Source: Myxococcota bacterium
GTDB taxonomy: Bacteria; Myxococcota_A; UBA9042; PHBI01; JAWLBL01
Length of the DNA stretch: 64,000 nucleotides
NCBI GenBank assembly: GCA_041687695.1
Contig: JAWLBL010000022.1
Location: forward strand, 64,001 to 128,000
Direction: 5' to 3'
Shown here: positions 18,396-25,154 of the stretch, piece by piece
How the letters are laid out: every line of letters begins with the position of its first letter
Position numbering within the stretch: position 1 is the first letter of the stretch
Notes under the pieces: model-generated
Database searches by the model: none
The model's input: the letters and a program-made list of their open reading frames with translations, nothing else
Told to the model about the DNA's origin: nothing
Made by a program: the position numbers and the translations under genes

Positions 18396-18420
18396 ACGCG
18401 AGGCTCGCGCCAGGATCGCC

Positions 18421-19857
18421 TCATGGATCGGGGTGGGGGCATCGGGTACGCACCAGGGCTGGGGGCCGGGCGCCGGCGGGTGGCGGTTCGAAGCCCAGGT
18501 GACCGTTGGGCGCGACGAGTAGAGTGCCATCGGGGCTGAAGGACGTCACCAGGTCGCCGCCGAACCAGGGGTCTGCCCGCAGGGCCGCGAAGGACGGCTC
18601 GGCCAGACCGGCGAGATCACGGCACCGGCCCGCGCGAGCGGCGTCCAGACGCCACGCGACCACCAGCCGAAGGGCAGCGGGCCCAGTGCTCATGATGCCT
18701 CCGCTACGAAGGTAGCGGGTCAGGATGTCTGGTGCCTCCGCCATCAGCTCCTCCACGAATAGGCGCCGCAGCTCCGACTTCGCCGACGGGTCGGTGGCGA
18801 GGCGCTCTCGGAGGTCGTTGGCGCGTCCCTTGGGCGCCCGCCTCCCCAGTCGCTTCCGCCAAGCCTGGATGCGCTCCCAGCAAGCAGAGGCCGGCCCGGC
18901 CGAGCACGCCTGGAGGTCGAGCGGCAAGCTCTCGAGCTCATACTCGAGCACGGCGGCGTAGTTGTCATGGTCGTACTTGGCATTGGGGGAGTCCGTGGCA
19001 TCGAGCCCTTCGAGCGCCAGTACGATTTGGTACTCTAACGCGCCTCGGACCCAATCCTGGTGCGACGGAGCCGTGGTGACCAGCGCGGCGAGATCACGCT
19101 CGAACGTCTCCAGAATGCCAGGTTCGAGTCCGGGCAACTGAAGCAGGAGCTGCTCGCTCGCATAGAGCATCAGGAATGCTCCCATGTTGGCCATCTGCAT
19201 GACGCTGATGTTGGCCCCGCCTCTCGCCAGATCCTGAAAGAACTGCAGGCCATCCGCCAGGTCACGGAAGGCCTCTGCCGGACGTCCGGCGCGGGCATGG
19301 GAGATCGCGCTCGCCACGACGGCAGAGGCGGCGCGGGCCACCATCACCGCATCCTTCGGCTCGGGCCGGCGACCCGCGAGATAGGCCGAGCACGCGTCCC
19401 TCATCGCAATCGCACGTCGAATGGCCTGTATCACCGGCGAGCACAGTCGAACCTCCTCGTCCAGGGCGAGGTTGGGATCGTCGAGCGGGAGGAATGGTGC
19501 CGCCTCGAGGCTATACCAATAGTAGCGAAGCGCGGACGGGTCCTTGACCGAGATGTGGTAGTTGAAGTCGGTGTCCCGGATTCGCTCGAGACATGGCGCC
19601 ACGTCCGGGTCGGGCTCAGCGAGCGCGACGTGGTGTTCATCGGCGCGGCCTCGCTCACCGGCGCCACGCAGGACGGGTCGCTCACATCCGCGCCCCTGCT
19701 CGGATCCGAGCACGGCGGCGGCTCGCGCACGCAAGGCCGCGACCTCCGTCGCGTCGTAGATGGGCGGGGCGGGGCCGCGGTCGCGACAAGCCGCTAGACT
19801 CACCGGCAAAGCGATCGACAGCGCAACGAGCGCTCGCACCACGAGCCTGGTTGCCAT
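18421..19857 (-). CDS. Hypothetical lipoprotein, atypically low GC
   Basis: Signal peptide and lipobox VSLAAC; mostly helical-looking sequence; hand counts of lines 19021 and 19141 give 60% and 55% GC versus 73% for line 20701. Confidence 0.75.
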   Translation of the reverse strand: MATRLVVRALVALSIALPVSLAACRDRGPAPPIYDATEVAALRARAAAVLGSEQGRGCERPVLRGAGERGRADEHHVALAEPDPDVAPCLERIRDTDFNYHISVKDPSALRYYWYSLEAAPFLPLDDPNLALDEEVRLCSPVIQAIRRAIAMRDACSAYLAGRRPEPKDAVMVARAASAVVASAISHARAGRPAEAFRDLADGLQFFQDLARGGANISVMQMANMGAFLMLYASEQLLLQLPGLEPGILETFERDLAALVTTAPSHQDWVRGALEYQIVLALEGLDATDSPNAKYDHDNYAAVLEYELESLPLDLQACSAGPASACWERIQAWRKRLGRRAPKGRANDLRERLATDPSAKSELRRLFVEELMAEAPDILTRYLRSGGIMSTGPAALRLVVAWRLDAARAGRCRDLAGLAEPSFAALRADPWFGGDLVTSFSPDGTLLVAPNGHLGFEPPPAGARPPALVRTRCPHPDP

Positions 19858-20107
19858 CGGGCGTCCCCAGCGAGCCTCGTCGCCCGACGAGTCGGAGGAG
19901 GAGTGAGCTTCGATGCGTGCTGAGTCCATGTCCGCCTAAGGCTCGTTGCCGGACGATGTTGTATGGGGGGGGGGCGCGCGCGGCTAGGGGTACGGGCGCG
20001 GTTCGGGCGTCGAAGCCGACCTCCAGCATGCCACGTCGGCCGCGCCCGGTCCGGCCGTCGGCCTCGCGGCTTCCATGACCGCCTTCGGCGGCCGAGAGGG
20101 CTCGCGC

Positions 20108-20424
20108 GTGCGAATCGGCTGCGCGCGGCTCGCGGAGGGGTCTTCGCAGGTGAGAATCGGCTGCGCGAGGCTCGCGGAGGCGATTCGCAGGTGAAAATCG
20201 GCTGCGCGAGGCTCGCGGAGGGGTCTTCGCAGGTGAAAATCGGCTGCACGAGGCTCGCGGAGGCGATTCGCAGGTGAAAGTCGGCTGCACGGGGCTCGTG
20301 GAGGCGTTTCGCAGGTGAAAATCGGCTGCGCGGGGCTCGCGGAGGCGATTCGCAGGTGAACATCGGCTGCACGGGGCTCGTGGAGGCGTTTCGCAGGTGA
20401 GGATCGGCCGCGCGAGGCTCGCGG
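20108..20424. repeat. Tandem array 2 of the palindromic 41-42 bp repeat (7 full units + partial)
   Basis: Units start at 20108, 20150, 20191, 20233, 20274, 20315, 20356, 20397; same consensus and same flanks as array 1. Confidence 0.95.
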
Positions 20425-20445
20425 GCCGGTGCGGCGACCTGGGGG

Positions 20446-23400
20446 TCAGGGGGCCCCGGGGGTGGGGGTCGCGCTGACCGTGAAGTCGGTGAAGTTGTCG
20501 CCCGTGTCGGTCGCGTCGGTGTCGCGGGTGAGGCTCTTGCCGGGGCCGGTGGCGGGGGCGGGGGTGCCCTCGCCGGCGAAGACCCAGCCGCTGAAGTTGC
20601 CGTAGCCCAGCGCGTCGAGGACCTGGCCGGACGGGGAGCGGAGCTGGACGCTGTCGGGGCCGTTCTGGAAGTCCACGCTGGCGATCTGGTCGGCGTGCTG
20701 GGCGATCCAGGCCGCGGCCGTGGTGTTGGCGACGAGGTAGACGCCGTCGGCCGGGATGGAGCCGGTCAGGGCGACGGTCTTGTAGACGTCGCCGCCGTTG
20801 CCGTTGACGCCGACCAGGGTGTAACCCGACAGCGAGGCGCCGGCGGGGCCGCGGAGCTCGACGAAGACGTCGTCGTCGGTGTCGACGGCGTCGTAGAGCA
20901 GCTCGGAGATGACGATGTCGGACGCCACGGGTGGGACCCCGGGGCCGTCGCAGGTGATGCGGAGGAGCCGGGCGGTCTTGTAGGTGCTCTCGTAGCTCTC
21001 GTCGGTGGTGGCCAGCCAGGCGTAGCCGCCGGTGGGGCGCATCACGGCGTCCTTCATGAGCGTGACGTACAGCTGCAGGCCGCTGGTGTTGAAGCGGTTC
21101 TGGGTCCAGACCAGCTGGCCCTGGTCGTCGGCCAGCGCCATGACAAGGGGGTTCCAGCCGCTGGCATAGTCGCGCCGGCCACCCAGGACCAGGGCGCCGC
21201 CCGGACGCGCGGCGACGGCGGTCCACGTGCCGGTGAAGGTCGGCTGATCGGTGTCCAGCACCGCGCCGGCGGCGCTGGCGCGCACGAGGAGCGGCTTGAA
21301 CTGCCAGGTCGCGTGCTGGTCGTCGCCGGCCATGACGAAGCCGCCGAGGTCCAGGCCGGCCAGCGCGCGGGTCGCGATCGCCGCGTCGGGCAGGTCCGTG
21401 ACCACGCCGGCGGCGGTCACGCGCCGCAGCTTGGTGAGGTTCGTGCTCGAGTCGCGTGCGGCGACGACGAACGAGCCGTCGCTCAGCCGCGCGGCGCTGG
21501 GGCTACTGGCCTGGGTCAACGTCTTGTGCCAGGTCAGCGCGGCGTTCGCTCCCAACCGCCCGTACATCGGCGCGCCGATCTGGACGCCGACCACCAGGCT
21601 GTCCGTGTCCGAGATCGGCAGGATGTCGTGCAGCTCGGAGGTCTGGTCCACCTCGGCGTCCCACTTCACGGCGCCGTCGGGGCCGACCTCGGCCACCCAG
21701 CCGCGGTACGACTTGAGCCCGCCACGGACCGCCCCGACGATGAGCCACCCGCCGCCGGGCAGCTCGCGCGCCGCGCGCACCTCGTGCTCGGTGCGGCCCT
21801 CGGGCAGGTCGAGCTCGTGCTCCCACACGACGCCTCCGGCCGCGTCGACGCGCAACATCCAGCCCTTGGGCTGCAGGCTCCACGCCTCGTCGCTGGGGGA
21901 CGTGTACCCGACGACGAAGAAGCCGCCGTCGGCCGTGGGGTACAGGCGCTCGCCGTACTCGGAGTAGCCGGGCGTCCCGTACTGGGTCTCGACGAGCGCG
22001 CTCGTCAGCTGGGCGGGGGTCCGGCACTCGGTCCCGCAGGCCACCGTGCCGGCGTCACAGGTGTACACGCAGCCGCCCCCCATGCAGGCGACGCTGGCGT
22101 TCGGGCCCGGCGCGGCGCACGGCGAGCAGCTGGCCCCGCAGTGGTCGACCGAGTCGTCCGAGACGCACTTGCCGCCACACAGATGATAGCCCGGGTCGCA
22201 GGTGACGCCGCACTTGGTCCCGTCGCAGGTCGCGACGCCGTTGGGGTCGCCGGGGCAGGGCGAGCAGCTCGACCCGCAGGTCGCGGTCGCGGTGTCCGAC
22301 ACGCACTTGCCGGCGCACAGGTGGTAGCCGGTGCTACAGGCGATGCCGCACTTCGAGCCGTCGCAGGTCGCGACGCCGTTGGGGTCGCCGGGGCAGGGCG
22401 AGCAGCTCGACCCGCAGGTCGCGGTCGCCGCGTTCGACACGCACTTGCCGCCGCACTGGTGGAACCCCGCCTTGCAGGTCAGGCCGCAGCTGCCCTCGAC
22501 GCAGACCGCGGCGCCGTTCGCGTCGCCCGGGCACGCCGCGCAGCCGCCGCAGTGGTCGACCTGGGTCCCGGGCACGCACTGGCCGGCGCAGCAGTAGCCC
22601 GAGTCACAGTCGTCCCCGACGCCGCAGGTCTTGCCGTCGGCGCACGCCTGGCACTCGCCGCCGCAATCCACGTCCGCCTCGCCGCCGTTCTTCGCGCCGT
22701 CTTCGCAGCTGGTGCACACGCCGCCCGTGCAGCGCCCCGAGGCGCAGTCGGAGGCCGCGCCGCAGGTCTTGCCGTCGGCGCACGCCTGGCACTCGCCGCC
22801 GCAATCTACGTCCGCCTCGCCGCCGTTCTTCGCGCCGTCCTGGCAGCTGGTGCACACGCCGCCCGTGCAGCGCCCCGAGGCGCAGTCGGCCTCCACGCCG
22901 CACGCCCGCCCGTCGCCGCAGGGCTCGCACTTGTTGCCGCCGCAGTCCACGTCGGTCTCTTTCTGGTTCTTCACCTCGTCGTCGCAGGTCGGCGCCGCGC
23001 ACACCCCGAAGATGCAGGTCGCGCTGAGGCAGTCCGCGTGCCCGTCGCACAGCTGCCCCAGCGCGCACCCCTTGCAGTCGCCGCCGCAGTCCACGTCCGT
23101 CTCGTCGCCCGACTTCTCGTTGTCTTCGCAGCTCGCGGGCGCGCCGCAGCTGCCCCCGTCGCACAGCCCCGACGCGCAGTCGCTCGGCGCGACGCAGCCC
23201 TTGCCGAATCCGCAGCCCTTGCAGCCGCCGCCGCAGTCCACATCCGTCTCGGCGCCGTTCTTCTGGCCGTCGTCGCAAGCCGGCGCCACCGCCACGCACG
23301 CGCCCCCCAGGCACTTGCCGCTGACGCAGTCCCCATCACCCAGGCAGGCCTTGCCGTCGGCGCACCCCGGGCACGCCCCGCCGCAGTCGACGTCCGTCTC

Positions 23401-23979
23401 GGCGCCGTTCCGCGCCTCGTCGCTGCACGAGGGCGTCGCGCAGAACCCGCCCGCGCAGAACCCGCTCTTGCAGTTCGCGTCGACCAGGCACCCGCCCCCG
23501 TCGTCGCACTGGTCGCACTCGGGGCCGCCGCAGTCCACCCCCGTCTCGGCCCCGTTGCGGACCCCGTCCGCGCAGGTCGGCACGTCGCAGACGTCGCCCT
23601 TGCAGTAGCCGCTGGCGCAGTCCGCGTTGCCCGAGCACCCCTGCCCGACACACGCCGGACACGCCCCGCCGCAGTCGACGCCGGTCTCGTCGCCGTCCTG
23701 GGCGCCGTTGCCGCAGCCGGCGTCGCGGCACACGTACACGCTGCACACGCCCGACTCGCAGTCGTCCCCGCCGACGCAGGCCTTCCCGGCCGTGCACGGC
23801 GCGCACGCCCCGCCGCAGTCGACGTCGACCTCGCCCGGATCGAGCTGTCCGTTGCTGCACCCGTTCACGGGCCCGGTGTCCGGGAAGAAGACCCCGCCGC
23901 CCCCGCCGCCGCCTGGGCCGGTGCAGGCCGCGAGCCAGACGCTACAACCGACGAACACGAGCCACGGGTTCCGGGACAT
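20446..23979 (-). CDS. Large modular lipoprotein: Cys-rich (NGxETDVDCGG) repeats, beta-propeller-like region, C-terminal lamin-tail-like domain
   Basis: Lipobox WLAAC; about 9 CxDGxxNGxETDVDCGG units; then CGSSCSPCP repeats; C-terminal IVISELLYDA..FVELRG..LSGYTL..QNGPDSVQL..DALGYG. Confidence 0.85.
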   Translation of the reverse strand: MSRNPWLVFVGCSVWLAACTGPGGGGGGGVFFPDTGPVNGCSNGQLDPGEVDVDCGGACAPCTAGKACVGGDDCESGVCSVYVCRDAGCGNGAQDGDETGVDCGGACPACVGQGCSGNADCASGYCKGDVCDVPTCADGVRNGAETGVDCGGPECDQCDDGGGCLVDANCKSGFCAGGFCATPSCSDEARNGAETDVDCGGACPGCADGKACLGDGDCVSGKCLGGACVAVAPACDDGQKNGAETDVDCGGGCKGCGFGKGCVAPSDCASGLCDGGSCGAPASCEDNEKSGDETDVDCGGDCKGCALGQLCDGHADCLSATCIFGVCAAPTCDDEVKNQKETDVDCGGNKCEPCGDGRACGVEADCASGRCTGGVCTSCQDGAKNGGEADVDCGGECQACADGKTCGAASDCASGRCTGGVCTSCEDGAKNGGEADVDCGGECQACADGKTCGVGDDCDSGYCCAGQCVPGTQVDHCGGCAACPGDANGAAVCVEGSCGLTCKAGFHQCGGKCVSNAATATCGSSCSPCPGDPNGVATCDGSKCGIACSTGYHLCAGKCVSDTATATCGSSCSPCPGDPNGVATCDGTKCGVTCDPGYHLCGGKCVSDDSVDHCGASCSPCAAPGPNASVACMGGGCVYTCDAGTVACGTECRTPAQLTSALVETQYGTPGYSEYGERLYPTADGGFFVVGYTSPSDEAWSLQPKGWMLRVDAAGGVVWEHELDLPEGRTEHEVRAARELPGGGWLIVGAVRGGLKSYRGWVAEVGPDGAVKWDAEVDQTSELHDILPISDTDSLVVGVQIGAPMYGRLGANAALTWHKTLTQASSPSAARLSDGSFVVAARDSSTNLTKLRRVTAAGVVTDLPDAAIATRALAGLDLGGFVMAGDDQHATWQFKPLLVRASAAGAVLDTDQPTFTGTWTAVAARPGGALVLGGRRDYASGWNPLVMALADDQGQLVWTQNRFNTSGLQLYVTLMKDAVMRPTGGYAWLATTDESYESTYKTARLLRITCDGPGVPPVASDIVISELLYDAVDTDDDVFVELRGPAGASLSGYTLVGVNGNGGDVYKTVALTGSIPADGVYLVANTTAAAWIAQHADQIASVDFQNGPDSVQLRSPSGQVLDALGYGNFSGWVFAGEGTPAPATGPGKSLTRDTDATDTGDNFTDFTVSATPTPGAP

Positions 23980-24126
23980 GACGCTCCCCCTGGGGTGCCA
24001 GGCGCCACGGCCTGCCCACTCGACGGCTCCCGCAGCGTGCCACCTCAATAGCCGAACCGAGCCCTCGAGGGAACCCGGCCCGCAGCTTCCGGCGGTCCCG
24101 ATACGCGTCAGACGTTCGAAACGACA

Positions 24127-24166
24127 CGGGGCCGGAGGACCACCCGATGATGGTCCGCCAGCCCCG
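24127..24166 (-). terminator. Candidate intrinsic terminator hairpin after the M15 peptidase gene
   Basis: Minus strand stem CGGGGCUGGCGGACCA / UGGUCCUCCGGCCCCG followed by UGUCGUUUC (weak U tract). Confidence 0.45.
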
Positions 24167-24192
24167 GCGATTTCAGGCCCCGATGTTCGGGG

Positions 24193-25026
24193 CTAGCGTA
24201 CTTCCAGGTGGAAGTGCGGCGGCTTGTGCTCCTCGATGAAGGTGTCGACGCCGGATACCTGCTCGATGGCGTCGCGCAGGGCGCGCTTGTCGCTGGCGTT
24301 CATGTCGCGGCTACGGAAGTCGACCGCGCCCTCGCGCATGTGGCGCGAGATGTAGACGCCGTCGGCCTGCTGCTTCTCGATGGTGGCGGCCATCGCGGCC
24401 ACCTGCGCCATCGCGCCGCTCTCGCCCTCGTACGCGGCGACGATCTCGCGGATCGCGCCCTTGTTGGCGTACAGACCGATGACGTTGTCACCCAGCTCGA
24501 GCTTGGTGTGCATCGCCTTGGCCTGGGCCATCGGCGAGCGGGTGCCGCTGGTGACCGTCAGGCGCTTGCCGGTCTTGGCGTGGTACCTGGCCGCGATCTC
24601 CTGGACCTTGGCCTCGACGTTCGGCGCGAGCGTCACGTCGGCGGATACTACGTAGGTCGGGAACTCCTTGGGGCCGTCGGCGACGGGGGCCTCGGGAGCG
24701 GCGGCGGGGGCCGGCGCGGCCGGGGTCGTCCCAGCGGTCGACATCGCGTCGAGCGAGCCCTGGAAGGCCCTCGCGTCGAGGCCCTGCACGCCCTCGGCGG
24801 CGCCGAGGACGGCCGTCGGCATCGCGCCCTGGCCGGCCAGCGGGAGGGCCGCGTCGAAGGCGGCCAGGCTGACGTTCAGCGCCGAGTCGACGTGCGCCAC
24901 GTGGTGCGGGTAGGCGTCGCGCATCTGGGGCGCGCCGGCCGTGGTGATGATGGCGGTCGCGGCGAGGAAGCCCACGCGGGTTCGCTCGCGGCGGATGAGA
25001 CGCTGAAGTCGGGGTACCAGAGTCAT
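24193..25026 (-). CDS. Peptidase M15-like (D-Ala-D-Ala/LAS-type metallopeptidase) exported protein
   Basis: VTSGTRSP, SRHMREGAVDF (H-x6-D), PPHFHLE (HxH); N-terminal hydrophobic segment; AAGGAG RBS. Confidence 0.75.
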   Translation of the reverse strand: MTLVPRLQRLIRRERTRVGFLAATAIITTAGAPQMRDAYPHHVAHVDSALNVSLAAFDAALPLAGQGAMPTAVLGAAEGVQGLDARAFQGSLDAMSTAGTTPAAPAPAAAPEAPVADGPKEFPTYVVSADVTLAPNVEAKVQEIAARYHAKTGKRLTVTSGTRSPMAQAKAMHTKLELGDNVIGLYANKGAIREIVAAYEGESGAMAQVAAMAATIEKQQADGVYISRHMREGAVDFRSRDMNASDKRALRDAIEQVSGVDTFIEEHKPPHFHLEVR

Positions 25027-25154
25027 GAAGCTCCTTGTCGTGGGCGCTGTTGCACTCGACGCATCGAGGTCGGCGCCGCGCGTTGGGGAGTTTGTGAACC
25101 GGTATCAACAGCGTCTCGCCCGCCGCATTTCCCATGCTTGTTCTTTTTTTTCGG

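Noticed and set aside
17558..18530. ORFs crossing array 1 (17558-18031, 17682-18233, 17726-18442, 18324-18530) and array 2 (19800-20372)
   Set aside because: They are translations of a non-triplet repeat that cycles through frames; 18324-18530 only picks up the duplicated gene tail.
17945..20424. 41-42 bp arrays (and the 52.1-kb array) as CRISPR arrays
   Set aside because: Units abut directly, the variable parts are near-identical rather than unique spacers, and there are no cas genes or AT-rich leader in the window.
15008..20517. Classical integron cassette array or prophage/IS insertion
   Set aside because: No RYYYAAC...GTTRRRY attC boxes seen, cargo genes are in both orientations, and no integrase, transposase or phage gene is in the window.
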